Source of the DNA: the human T2T-CHM13v2.0 reference genome, Homo sapiens
DNA: 64,000 nucleotides
Reading direction: 5' to 3' (one strand)
Assembly (NCBI RefSeq): GCF_009914755.1
Contig: NC_060929.1
The notes beneath the pieces were generated by a model. The model had not been told where the DNA came from. It saw nothing but the letters and a program-made list of their open reading frames with translations, and searched no databases. Every line of letters starts with the position of its first letter. The first letter of the stretch is position 1. The translations under genes and the position numbers were made by a program. Shown piece after piece: positions 33,801 to 47,000 of this stretch.

Positions 33801-34391
33801 AGCTCTCTGCATCTCAGACAGTAGAGAAAATGACAAGGAAGTGGGGAGCAGGGGCTTGCCTCCCCCATCCCTAGTGGGTCACAGCACTCACCCACGTAGG
33901 GGGTGACAGTTCCCTGGCAGGTATGTAGGTCACCTCCTGACAGTAATTAAAATGGAGAGTTGCAAAGAGATAAAACTTTACAAAGCATTCTTGGCATTCT
34001 TGCCCATGACTAGACCAATATTAACTTTCTTTTGGGAGCATTGATGGGCAGTTCCTTCAGGAGTTGAGTAACTCCTTCCATTTTTCCTTCTGTACTGGAA
34101 AATCTCCACCTTCTGAGTCTAGACACCCGTTGCTTGGAATGACAGTAGGAGCCTACATGCTGAGAGGCTGGCCCTGGAACCGATGCCACCAAGTGAGCAT
34201 GGCCCATCTGGAACACATTTGGGCACCAAGGGTCATAATCATTTGTGATCCTGAGAACATGCACCAGAGACAGTTCACTGGGAACTTTAAAGAAAAACCA
34301 AGAAGACAGAGTCAGCTAAGTAAACATGTAAAAAATACTTCTGTGTGAGGGAGATGAGGGGAGAAAAGCAACTGATATAAAAAGCAAAGAA

Positions 34392-34725
34392 GGCCGGGCC
34401 TGGTGGCTCACGCTTGTAATTCCCGCACTTTAGAAGGCTGAGGCAGGCAGATCACTTGAGTCCTGGAGTTCGCGACCAGGCTGACCAACATGGCAAAATC
34501 CCATCTCTACAAAAAAATACAAAAACTAGCTGGGCATGATGGCATGTGCCTTTAGTCCCAGTTACTCAGGGGGGTTGAGGCAAGATGATAGCTTGAACCC
34601 AGAAGGTCGAGGCTGCAGTGAGCTGAGATGGCACCGCTGCACTCCAGCCTGGGTGACAGAGCAAGACCCTGTCTCAAAAAAAAAAAAAAAAGAAAGAAAG
34701 AAAGAAAGAAAGAAAAAGAAAAGAA
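34392..34725 (+). mobile_element. AluJ with (GAAA)n tail
   Basis: ggtcgaggctgcagtgag and gaccctgtctc AluJ diagnostics. Confidence 0.9.
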
Positions 34726-34951
34726 GCAGACTGGAAATGAAAGCCGAACCTACGGAGAGGAGAAACCGTTGTCCCCATTTTGCAGATAAGAAAACCGAGG
34801 CTCTGGAATATTAAGTAACTTGCCCAAGATCAAGCAGCAGCTGAGTTGGTTTCCAATCCATAGCTGTTCTTCAAAGCATGAGCTATTGAGCCCTAAACTA
34901 TTCTGTAATTAGAAGAAAAGGAGACTCGAAAAGTTAAAAAAAATTACAGTA

Positions 34952-35243
34952 GGCCTGGCGCAGTGGCTCACGCCCGTAATCCCAGCACTTTGGGAGGCCG
35001 AGGAGGGCGGATCACAAGGTCAGGAGTTCAAGACCAGCCTGACCAAGATGGTGAAACCTCGTCTCTACTAAAAATACAAAAATTAGCCTGGCATGGTGGT
35101 GGGCGCCCATAATCCCAGCTACTCGGGAGGCTGAGGCAGAGAATTGCTTGAACCCAGGAGGCAGAGGTTGCAGTGAGCCGAGATCGTGCCACCGCACTCC
35201 AGCCTGGGTGACAGAGCAAGATTCAGTCTCGGAAAAAAAAACA
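34952..35243 (+). mobile_element. Alu (AluSg-like)
   Basis: Full Alu; TSD aaattacagta. Confidence 0.92.
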
Positions 35244-35254
35244 AATTACAGTAA

Positions 35255-36050
35255 ATGTGTTAGACAAAATCAACACCTACTTGGATATAAAAAGTACATT
35301 CCATTTGATCATAAAATAATCCAGAACCTAACATATGTGAGCAGAGAACAGCATGATGTGTGCAATTAAAAACCAATTTGACCTTTGAGAACATTCAAAG
35401 AAATGTAAATGAAAACAAGAATTTGCTATTTAACATCAAATAAATTCCGTGGAAAATAATGATAACACCTAATGCTAGGAAAGATGAGTAGAAACTAAAA
35501 CACAGCAGCAGAGCTGTTAGGCAGGTTTAATTGGTTCTGCCTGGTTGAAAAATAATTTGGCAGCATATTTCAAATGTTAACCACATTTTCATATGCCTCA
35601 ACTGTAATGCCAAGCTTGGAAATGAATCTAAGTAAATAATGCAAAATGAAGGCAAAGCCGTGCTGCAGCCTTCTCTATGATAATAACAAAGAAAACAAAA
35701 CAAAAATCAGAAACCATCAAAATGCCCAACAGTACAGTAATTGTTGCGTTCATTAGTCATGGGGCATCTATTTAGAAGACTTTGACGGTCATTTAAAATT
35801 TTAATTCTCAACACTATGTAGCATGATGGAAAATGTTTTTGCTAGAACATTAAGAGAAAAGAGCAGTCTACCAAATGGCATGTAAGCTATGATTGAGATG
35901 ATGAAAATGTGTATCTGCAAATGGACAGAGAAAAGAAAGGAACATGGACCAAAAAAAAAAAAAAAAAAATGAAAACAGGTTGTTTGGGTGGTGGGATTGA
36001 GGCTAATTTTTTATGTTACAGTTGATGCAATATTTGTGCAAGGAAGGAAA
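35255..36050 (+). mobile_element. Old L1 (L1ME-like) 3' region
   Basis: A-rich; aataatttggcagcatat, gaaaccatcaaaatgcccaacagta, gggtggtgggatt. Confidence 0.55.
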
Positions 36051-36659
36051 AACATCACACTCATAAAAATGATAGCTCTGTGATTGTATCAGGCCAAATT
36101 CCTCCAGTGCTAAAAATACATTAAGAACTTCTGGAGAGCTCCATTAACTCTTTAAATTACCACTGTGGGACCATTGAATGTTAAAATAACAATAATAGTA
36201 GTATAAAAAAAGGCCAGTAAGTTAATGCTGCTTCCAAATTTACCAAGTTAACTCCCAAGACATAACTGAAGCATTAAGACAATGTGGCCCAACAAGCCCA
36301 AATATAGAAGAGTCAGAGAGTCACACAGTGTGGCTAGCCGTGTATGGACAACCACAAAACACCACTTACAGGTTGGCCTTAATGCATTCCTAATTCTCAC
36401 CATATTTCCCACAGCTAAAGCTTGCCCCCTGAATGAGGTCTCTCCCTTCCTCACCTTCTAAGGCATTTCATGTTTACGGTTTAGGTTTTAAACTAAGGCT
36501 AAAGATCCTAGTTTATGCGCTATACTGCTCAGATTGTCTCCCACTGGTTGAACTTATCTTCTTAATGCAATGCTGCAAGCTACAAGGAAAGAGCTATGTC
36601 GCTACCTGGTGAAGCGTTCCCACAACTCTGGCATCCTATCAGGCACCAGGAACACTTAC

Positions 36660-37113
36660 ATGTGGTAGTTCGTGTGGCCACTGTAACAGATTACCTCCAA
36701 GTTGGTGGCTTAAGACAGAAATGTAATTTCTCACAGTTCGAGAGGCCACAAGTCTGAAATCAGTAGCAATAGGCTGGAATCAGGAAGTCAGCCGGGCCAC
36801 GCTGCTTATCCAGGCTCTTCCAGCTCCCAGTGGCTGCCAGCATTCCTTGGCTTGTGGCTGCATCACTTCAGTCTCTGCCTTCCTGGTCACATTCTGTTCT
36901 TCTGTGTCAACTCTCCCTCTACCTCTCTCTTACAAGGACCCTTGTGATGGCATGTAGGGTCCACCCAGATAACCCAGAATGACCTCCCCATCTCAGGATA
37001 TATAACTTAATCACATCTGCAATGTTCCTTTTGCCATGTAAGGTGACATTTCCAGGTTCTGGAGATTAGGACTTGACTCTCCCTTGGAAGGGGGCATTAT
37101 TCAGCCTGCCATA
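36660..37113 (-). mobile_element. MaLR LTR (MLT1C-like)
   Basis: ctgtaacagattac...ctcacagtt...cattccttggcttgtggc...ttaatcacatctgcaa...ttattcagcctgccata. Confidence 0.8.
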
Positions 37114-37699
37114 CTGTATGTCATGGACATGGGGGATAGAATGAGGCACTTCTCTCCCGGAAGCTAGACCAGGACATAAACCTCTCCTATGCCGAAAAAC
37201 CTCCAGGAATGTAAGCGGACTCATTCCTCCATCCCTTCTCTCAGCAACCATCTGCGCTATGTTTACTTGACCAGGCTCAGTTTGGGGCACCAGGGATATA
37301 GATCTAAATAAGGCCAAGCTTTGCCCTTGAGTTGCTCAGGGCCTAGTGTGTGTGAAGGGGTGCGGTGACAGCCAAGTAAAAAACTCCCATGTGATGTGCC
37401 CTGTGCCAGAGCAAAGGTTGGTGAACAAAGCACTGTGAACAGTCAGATGAAAGATGATTCAGAGACCATGAAATGTGACAGTGGTTAATTGATAAGCAGG
37501 GGCCAGGCAGGCTGAAGAAGAGCAGGAGGACATCTCAGTCTGGCCTAGAAGAGCAAGAAGGAATGAGATAACAGAGGCAAGTCTGTCTGGGTTGAGGCAC
37601 TGGGGGACCAGGGCCGGGGGCAAGTAGGAGCATGAGGCCAAACCAGACCTGCATCAAGAGATGGGACTGAGAGCTGTGCAGAGCCATAGAATGTTCTGA

Positions 37700-38450
37700 G
37701 CAAATAGTGTGCTCACAGTTCCACCTCACAGAACCAATTCACCCTCTTACCCAACGGAATTGCCCCTGCAAACATGCACAGCCACACAGATAAGGTATTT
37801 GAGGATGTTCACTAGCGCACTGCTTCAACAGCTAAATTTCTATGCAACCTGAATATCCTTCAGCACGCACTGGTTCAATAAATGCCAAACTATAGGATAT
37901 TAACCCATTTTTTTTTAAATGAAGAGGAGCCCTGTATACTGACATGAGGGGGATGTTGCTTGGGGAAAACAGTAAGCTATTGAACAAAAATGCATAGTAT
38001 GATTCCATTTATATATATATATTTTTTTTTTGAGACAAAGTCTCACTCTGTTGCCCAGGCTGGAGTGCAGTGGCACAATCTCGGCCCGCTAATTTTTGTA
38101 TTTTTAGTATAAGAGACAGGGTTTCAACATGTTGGCCAGGCTGGTCTTGAACTCCTGACCCCAGGTGGTCCACCTGCCTTGGCCTCCCAGTGTGCTGGGA
38201 TTACAGGTGTGAGCCACCACGCCCGGCCTCTCCATTTGTTTTTCTTAAAAAACCCCAAACTGTATGAATCTAGGTAAATATAGACAGAGAGAAAAAGGTC
38301 TTAAGAATACATAAAAATGAATGATAGCGAATCTAGGAGAATGGATGCAGAAAAGGAATTGAAAGGAATAACTCTTGACCCTATTCACGGCTGGGATTTT
38401 GACGTTTTTATACATAAATATAAGAGAAACAGATGGCCTTAAAAAACAAT
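37700..38450 (+). mobile_element. Old L1 (L1ME-like) 3' region
   Basis: gaggatgttcactagcgcactg..., atagtatgattccattt..., motifs typical of old L1 3'UTR. Confidence 0.5.
38022..38228 (-). mobile_element. Alu with a large internal deletion
   Basis: atctcggcccgctaatttttg junction removes most of the right arm. Confidence 0.88.
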
Positions 38451-38454
38451 TTCA

Positions 38455-38884
<430 letters not shown>

Positions 38885-39450
38885 GGGCAACAAGGTAGCA
38901 CAGTTTCCAGTTGTTCTTTTGAGAAGGTCCCACACAGCATACGTGAAACGTTGACTGACCCTTGTGGCTGAGGCGAGAGGCAGGGAGGCCGGTCACTGGT
39001 CAGGAGGCCCCCAACAGCCCAGGGCAAGGGAAAGGCCCAGGGGAGTGCCCAGGAACTATAGAAGAAAGTAGAAGAGGTTTCCAGACAGAAGCAAGTCCAC
39101 ATGCAGCCCATACTAAGTGGCAGAGAGGAGCCGCAGGCTGTAGTGTGGAGGCTGACTGCTGTGGGGCTGATAAATCTTGTGCAGTGGAGTGGATGGTGGG
39201 GCCTGTCACTGAGAGCCAGGTCAGGGAGAATGAGTGATGTTCCAAGGGAGGAGAGGAAAGAGAAATGCAGGCTGTGCTTTTGGAGATGTTTGAAATGTTG
39301 CCCTTCTTCCGAGTTGGCTATCTTTCTGAGAGAATGGTCTCTTTGTTCTGCAGAAAAAAGGGGCAGCCCATAGAAGAGCCTGTCTGTGTGGCCCAAAGGA
39401 AAGAGCTCCAAGGACTCAGGAACTCTTTGGGGTACCAGAGCAGACCCTCT

Positions 39451-39971
39451 TGTGTCCAGAGGCTGTTCCTTCCAGTGGGTTCGTGGTCTCGCTGACTTCA
39501 AGAATGGAGCCACAGACCTTCATGGTGAGTGTTACAGCTCTTAAAAATGGAATGGACCCAAAGGGTGAGCAGCAGCAAGATTTACAGTGAAGATCAAAGG
39601 AAGAACCCTTCCACAACCATGGAAGGGTAACCGAGCAGGTTGCCTATGTGGCTGTGGTGGCCAGCTTTTATTCCTTTATTTGTCCCCACCCATGTCCTGC
39701 TGATTGGTCCATTTTACAGAGTGGTGATTGTTCCATTTTACAGAGTGCTGATTGGTCCATTTTACAAACCTCTGCCTAGCCACAGAGCCCTGATTGGTGC
39801 ATTTTTGCAGTGCACTGATTGGTGCATTTTACAAACCTCTAGCTAGACACAGAGCGCTGATTGGTGCGTTTTTACAGAGCACTGATTGGTGCATTTTACA
39901 AACCTCTTGTAAGACAGAAAAGTTCTTCAAGTCCCCACCCGACCCAGAAGTCCAGCTGGCTTCACCTCTCA
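39451..39971 (-). mobile_element. Solo ERV9/LTR12-family LTR (LTR12F-like)
   Basis: TG...CA termini, 4-bp TSD CTCT (39447-39450 and 39972-39975), tandem ctgattggtgcattt units, gtgggttcgtggtctcgctgacttcaagaatg, ccagctggcttcacctctca. Confidence 0.9.
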
Positions 39972-40079
39972 CTCTGACCTAGGAGTCTCAACAGTCTCCC
40001 TTACAGAAGAAGTTTTACAAGTTAATGACAAGATGACAGCCACCCAGGCTGCCTCCTGTGACTCATTATGACCCAGATG

Positions 40080-40170
40080 CTTTTAAGACATATTATAAAG
40101 CTACATTAATCAAGACAGTTTGGTATTCCTGAAAGTATAAATACATAGATCCATGGAACAGATTACAGAG
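40080..40170 (+). mobile_element. L1 ORF2 fragment
   Basis: tattataaagctaca...atcaagacagtttggtat...catagatccatggaacaga. Confidence 0.7.
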
Positions 40171-40922
40171 CAGGGCCTCTACCAAGCCCACCCCTCCCAG
40201 TTGTAAACACATCCATAACTTAGCTCCAGATAAAATTCACAGCTCCCTAGCTGGCCCATGCAAACCTTTGGCTTTGTGGACAAAATCTGGGAGCAAGACC
40301 TAAAAGCGAGGGTACCCCTCCTGGGCTCTTCACCTAGGCTTTTCTGCAGGCGGCTGTAAGTAAGAGACAGCTAAGAACATAAGGAGGCCAGTGGTTTCAC
40401 TTTTCTTAATAACATTTGTAGGATTTCTCCCTTTGGTAATAAATGACGTACGTGTCTTTCCTTGTAGAAATGATGATAGCTGTGTGATCGGTTTTCAAAC
40501 TCCAAATTTAGCCAGCCATTTCGTGGTGCCTCTGCTGAGTGCTTCTCAGACATAGCCCAGCCCTGGACAATAAATATCAGTTGAAATGAATAACCCTTAT
40601 TGCCAAAGTTGTCGAGCGTATGCTCCTGTTATGAAACTAACAGGCCCTATGTTGTCTGGGTTTCCAGTCACTTCATTGATCAATTCCAGTACCTAGGCCG
40701 CAACCAAAGCTTCATCTTCCCTGGAAAACCCACAGGCTATTATGTTTTTGTTAAACTAATGTGAAGGGAAAGAAGAAAACCAACAATTCTGCCAGTGCCA
40801 GCCCCCGTGAGTTGTGCTACCTGCTTTTCATGTGTTTTCTCATTTATTTGACACCAGGGCTGGCAATGGGGTTGTGCTTTGCTTCATTTTATGGATGATG
40901 AAAGTGAGTCTCTGAGAGGTGA

Positions 40923-41349
<427 letters not shown>

Positions 41350-41619
41350 AGTACATGTGCCTTTATGTCATCTTCTCTGCAGGCTGTTTCCCAGTAGCCT
41401 GCTGCTGAGATTGACTTCTACAGCCAGAGCTGCCGGGACATCATACACACTCCGCTCCACCCTTCAGTGAGCTCATTGTAATCAAGACATTACCTGCTAT
41501 ATTTGCTGCAATATACGTCTATAATGTAGCCTGTCATTTGAAATAAGGAACCTGGGGCTACGAGGGACACTCAGTCTTCCCAAATGCCCTCAGCCAACAG
41601 AACTACATTCCGCCCCTAT

Positions 41620-42435
41620 CTGTGGCCAAGACTGCTAGCTGCCCTGAAGTACTTTCTTTTATTTTCTTTTTCTTTCTTTTTTTTTTTTTTTTTGACAGAG
41701 TCTCACTCTGTCACCCAGGCTAGAGTGTAGCAGCATGATCTCAGCTCATTGCAACCTCCACCTCTTAGGTTCAAGCACTTCTTGTGCCTCAGCCTCCCCC
41801 TGTAGCTGAGATTACAGGCGCCCACCACCATGCCTGGCTAATTTTTGTATTTTTAGTAGAGACAGGTTTCACCATGTTGGCCAGGCTGGTCTCGAACTCC
41901 TGACCTCAAGCAATCCACCCACCTCTCCTGACCTCAAGCAATCCACCCACCTCGGCCTCCCGAAGTGCTGTGATAACAGGTGTGAGCCACCGCACTCGGC
42001 CCTTGAAGTACTTTCTCTCATCTTCCTCTTTGGTACCAGAACCTCTGATTGTAGCTGGGCACGTGGAATAAAGAAATTTCTCAGCTTTCCCGGCAGTTGA
42101 GTGTGATCAGGTGGCTAAGTTAGGGCTAATAGCACAAAAACAGAGGTGCTCTTCCCTTTCTCCTTTTTCTTTCCTGCTGTCTGGAATGCAGGCATGATGG
42201 CAGTATCTCTAGAGGCCGTCTTGGAGCATGAGGTGAAAGCCGCATCATGAAGATGGCAAAGAAGCAAGAGAACTGGGGTCTGGGCCCCACTAACCCTGGA
42301 GTTTTCCAAGCAGTCTGGACTGCCTTCTTGTCTACCTCCAGACTCCCCTTATGCAAGAAAAATAAACCTCCATCTTGTTTAAGCTACTGTTATTTTGGGT
42401 TTTCTGGTATCTGCAGCTTAACCTAATTATACCTG
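41620..42435 (+). mobile_element. MaLR LTR (MLT1J-like), split by an Alu
   Basis: tagctgggcacgtgg...ctggaatgcaggcatgatgg...aataaacctccatcttgtttaagc...gcagcttaacctaa. Confidence 0.7.
41652..42001 (-). mobile_element. Alu (AluS) with internal 28-bp tandem duplication
   Basis: ctcctgacctcaagcaatccacccacct twice at 41897-41952; TSD tgaagtactttct. Confidence 0.92.
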
Positions 42436-42914
42436 TTAATTAGTCTTGTGTCAAAAGCCCTGAAGGTAGGGCCCTTATATTAACCACCTTGTACCCTCCA
42501 ATTCTAGCCCAGTACCTGCCCTGCAAAACAGGCTCAAGCACTGACCAAAATGCAGAGTTAGAGGCAGCCTCAGGAAGCACCTAGACGTCTACCACTGACT
42601 AAAGCTGATAGTTTCATCACCCTCAGAACCTGCCAACTGCCTGTGACTGGACTCCCCGCCCTCATGCAGGTACCAAGTCCTGATGGTACCAAGTCCTGGT
42701 GGTACCCAACTACCTTCAATGTCCACCTCCTCCTTTCATTCCTCACTGCTCTCCCTGGAGAGGTCTCTGAAGGGTCTCTACTCTGGTCTGGACCAGCCCT
42801 GCCTCTGCTCACAAATGTATTCATAGTCCCCCACCCCCATAACCAAGTAGACTCGCTAATTACCTGAGGGCCAGACTGGGAAAAAAATACATTAGGTTTT
42901 CACATCTCTTTGAA

Positions 42915-43130
42915 ATCTAAAATAGTTTCCAACATTTTCAGATCTGGAGATTTCCCAGGCAATTGCATACTTCCCAATTCTTGTAAAAAATCGGAAGATG
43001 GAATAAGACAGGGCCTGTATTCCCACAGGGCTGCCATTACTGGAGCAGAGCCATGTGTCTACTTGGTGAAGCTGGGAGCTGTGCTCTCCAATTACAGCTG
43101 CATTCACCCTCCCACCCAACTCTCTTCCTA
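42915..43130 (+). mobile_element. MER102-like fragment
   Basis: aaaaatcggaagat...gggcctgtattcccacagggctgcc...ctggagc. Confidence 0.55.
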
Positions 43131-43289
43131 CCTACTAAGCCCGAGAGGCATTTCAGCCTGCCATCCCTCTTGACAGTTGTGGTAGCCGTGATAACAAAAC
43201 GTCTTGGTGCTTAGTGGCAGTGATGTACATTTGGGGGATTATTTATATCCGAGGCTGAAATTTAAGTTGCATCCAAAAAAAGGCATGGA

Positions 43290-44648
43290 CTAGACCCCTG
43301 TCTCTCAACATATACAAAAATCAAATCAAAATGGATTAAATACTTAAATCTAAGACCTCAAACTATGAAACTACTACAAGAAAACACTGGAGAAACTCTC
43401 CAGGACATTGGTCTGGGCAAAAATTCATCGAGAAATACCCCCCAAGCAAAGGCAACTAAAGCGAAAATGAACAAATGGGATCACATCAAGTTAAAAATCT
43501 TCTGCACAGCAAAGGCAACAATCAACAAAGTGAAGAGACAACCCACAGAATGGGAGAAAATATTTGCAAACTGTCCATCTGACAAGGGAGTAATAACCAG
43601 AATATATAAGGAGCTCGAACAACTCTACGGCAAAAAAGCTAATAATCCGATAAAAAGTGAGCAAAAGACTTAAATAGACATTTTCCAAAAGAAGACATAC
43701 AAATGGCAAACAGGCATAGGAAAAGGTGCTCAACATCATTGATCATCAGAGAAATGCAAATCAAAACTACCATGAGATATCTCACCCGTTAAGATGGCTT
43801 ATATCCAAAAGACAGGCAATAACCAATGCTGGTGAGGATGTGGAGAAAAGGAAACCCTTGTACACTGTTGGTGGGAATGTAAATTAGTACAATCAGTATA
43901 GAGAACATTTTGGAGGTTTCTCAAAAAAAACTAAAAATAGAGCTAACATATGATCTAGCAATTCCACTGCTGGGTATATACCCAAAAGAAAGGAAACCAG
44001 TGTATGGACGAGATATCTGCACTCACATGTTTGTTGCAGCACTGTTAACAATAGCCAAAATTTGGAAGCAAATTTTGTCTGTCCAAACAGACAGACATCA
44101 ACAGATGAACAGATAAAGAAAATGTGCTACTTACACACAATGGAGTACTATTCAGCCATAAAAAGAATAAGATCCTGTCATTTGCAACAACGTGGATGAA
44201 ACTGGACACCATTATGTTTAGTGAAGTAAGCTAGGCACAGAAAGACAAGCATTGCATGTTCTCACTTATTTGTGGAATCTAAAAATCAAAACAATTGAAC
44301 TCATGGACATAGAGAGCAGAAGGATGGTTACCAGAGGCTGGGAAGGGTAGTAGGGGGTTATAGGGAGTTAGGGATGGTTAGTGGATACAAAAAAATAATT
44401 AGAAAGCATTAATAAGACCTAGTATTTGATAGCACAACAAAGCGACTATAGTCAATAATAACAGTACGTTTAAAAATAACTGAAAGAGTGTCATTGGATT
44501 GTTTGCAACACAAAGAACAAATGCTTGAGCAGATGGAAACCCCATTCTCCATGATGTGATTATTTTGTGCTTGTGTCAAAACATCTCATGTACCCCATAA
44601 ATATATATATCAACTATGTACCCACAAAACATTAAAAATGAAAAAAAT
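43290..44648 (+). mobile_element. 5'-truncated L1 (L1MA-like): ORF2 C-terminus and 3'UTR
   Basis: ORF2 C-terminal peptide [18 protein letters not shown]...WDHIKLK...[13 protein letters not shown] with stops and frameshifts; L1MA-type 3'UTR; aaggcatgga at about 43280 and 45037 is a probable TSD. Confidence 0.92.
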
Positions 44649-45001
44649 AGCCTGGGTGTGGTGGCACATGCCTGTAATCTCAACACTTTGGAAGGTCAAG
44701 GCTAGAGGACTGCTTGAGCCTAGGAGTTCAAGACCAGCCTGGGCAACAAAGTGAGACCCCATCTCCACAAAAAATACAAAAATTAACTGGACGTGGTGGC
44801 ACCTACCTGTGGTCCCAGCTACTCAGGAGGCTGAGGCAGGAGGATCGCTTGAGTCCAGAAGGTCAAGGCTGCACCAGAAGGTCAAGGCTGCAGTAAGCCA
44901 TGTTCCCACCACTTCATTCCAGCCCGGGCTACAAAAGGAGATCCTTTCTTCACACCACTTCCACCAAAAAATATATATATATATAATAAATAAATAAATA
45001 A
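44649..45001 (+). mobile_element. AluJ in the L1 tail, with internal 19-bp tandem duplication
   Basis: ccagaaggtcaaggctgca twice at 44855-44892. Confidence 0.88.
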
Positions 45002-45692
45002 GAACTTTAAGTTCTGGTTAAAGAAAAAGAAGAAAAGAAGGCATGGAATTTTCCAGGTGGAGTCAAAGGGACAAGGCAGTGGCATGAGCAAAGGTGGGGA
45101 GATAGAACAGAACGTGACATTTTGGAGGACCAGAAAGCCCAACATACCTGGAATCAGTGGGGAGACGCTGAATGGCTAGAGCACTGCTCTTGTGCTCATA
45201 ACATCCTACGCTGCCTCCTTAGGCATTTGTGTTACCTGCATGGTCCCTCTAGGAAATTTGACATTTTGATCCCTTGGACTGCAGAGTAAATTCTAAGTTC
45301 TTTCAATTGGCAGATGGATCCATCAGGAAGGGCCCTGCTATGCTGTGATAACAAACATCTTCCAAACCTCAGTGAATATAGCATGTTTACTCTTGCACAT
45401 ACTATGTGGCCACTGTAGCTTGACGGACAGGCTCTTCTAATCAGAGTCATTCAAGGGCTCAGGCAGACAAAAACCCCCATCTCCACATGTGCCAAAATCA
45501 CACAAGGCAGGAGAGCAGAATGCACTGAGTTGCTGTCACTCAGGAGCAACATGTGTCTCTCACATTCACATTTCGTCAGCCAGGAGAGTCACATGACCCC
45601 TCCAATGTGGAAGCGGGCAGAGAAGAAAAATCCTACCATGAGCCTGGAAGGAGGAAAAGAATTGCATGTCTGTGAACATCCTAATGATGATC

Positions 45693-46037
45693 TGCAATGG
45701 TGTGAATGTTTCCTAAGATTTATGTGTTGAAACTTAATCACCATTGTGGTGGCATTAGAAGTGGGGCCTTTGGGGAAGTGATTAAGTCATGAAGGCTCTG
45801 CCATCATGAATAGATTAGTGCCTAACGAAAGGGCTGTGAGGAAACAGCTTAGGCACTTTTTGCCCTTCCGCCTTCTGCCATGTGAGGACACAGCAAGAAG
45901 GTCCTCACCAGACACCAAATGCTGACGCCTTGATCTTAGACTTCCCAGCCTCCAGAACTGTGGGGAATAAATTTATATTATCTATAAGTGACCCAGTCTG
46001 CAGTATTTTGTTATAGCTGCACAAATGGACCAAGACA
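45693..46037 (+). mobile_element. MaLR LTR (MST/MLT1A-like)
   Basis: tgttgaaacttaatc...ggggcctttggggaagtgattaagtcatga...ccagcctccagaactgtg...atggaccaagaca. Confidence 0.82.
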
Positions 46038-46499
46038 TAACCCTAGCACACAAGGCCCTTTGTCATCTGACTCTGCCCCTGCCTGCATCCTCCTTGTCAG
46101 TCCTCTCTCCCTTTCCCTGGCCTCAGCCACACTACACTACTGGAAGTTCTAAGGCTTCCTATGTATATTACCTCCATGTCTCTGCATGTGCTATTTTGTC
46201 TGCCAAGGGAGTTGTCCCTTAATTCTCCAGAAAACTCTTCCCTAATTCTCAAGATTCTACTCCTCAAGAAGTCCTAATCTGAGAAGTCTGACATCGTTCC
46301 CCAAACCCACCATGCCCCCAGGTTGAGTTATGGACTTCCACAGCACAGTCATACCATTGGCATTATTGAATTTATCTCACTGCCCTGTAATTGACTTTAA
46401 AGATCTGCCTCCCCCACTAAACTGTGAACTCCTTCAGCATGGCTTGGATTCTAGCCCAGGGAGAATAAATATTAATGAAATGATGGAAGCAACACAGCG

Positions 46500-46750
46500 T
46501 GTGCCAGGACTGCAAACTCCAATGCCTATAGCAGAAGAGGGCTGGGTAGGAGCCAGCAAGCTGGAGGGAGCTAGCTTGTTCCATCAAATGGGGAAGCAGT
46601 CATATAGCAGTTGTCGGCATGAAGGAACGGGATCCAGTGTTGCCACTTTTTTCAATTTTTCAAGAGAAACTGGACATCTCTATATTCATATGGAAGTTCC
46701 TAACCTCTTAATGTCTAGATTTGCCCCCGCTGGACACACTGTGCAGGCCC
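46500..46750 (-). mobile_element. MER102-like fragment
   Basis: ccagtgttgcca...ttttcaagagaaactggacatct. Confidence 0.55.
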
Positions 46751-46779
46751 CTGTTACAAAAACTCCCTGTGTAGGGTTT

Positions 46780-47000
46780 TGGGGGCAAGCAGCTTGGATA
46801 CTAATCTTGACTCTACCACTAACTGGTTAGGCAACTTTAGACTAACTGGGCCTCCATTTCCTCTTCTGTAAAATGACAATAATAATGAATTTTATCATAT
46901 TGTCATGATGATTAAATGATGATGACCTCAGAATTAAAGCATTCAGCACAGTGCTAGGAGTCTGGTAAGTACTCATTAAGTGCTGGTTATTAATATCATT
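46780..47000 (+). mobile_element. MIR
   Basis: gcctccatttcctcttctgtaaaatg...gattaaatga...agcacagtgctagg. Confidence 0.75.

Noticed and set aside
43365-44116. ORFs with real protein similarity (L1 ORF2 C-terminus)
   Set aside because: Fragments of a 5'-truncated, frameshifted L1; not a gene and not retrotransposition-competent.
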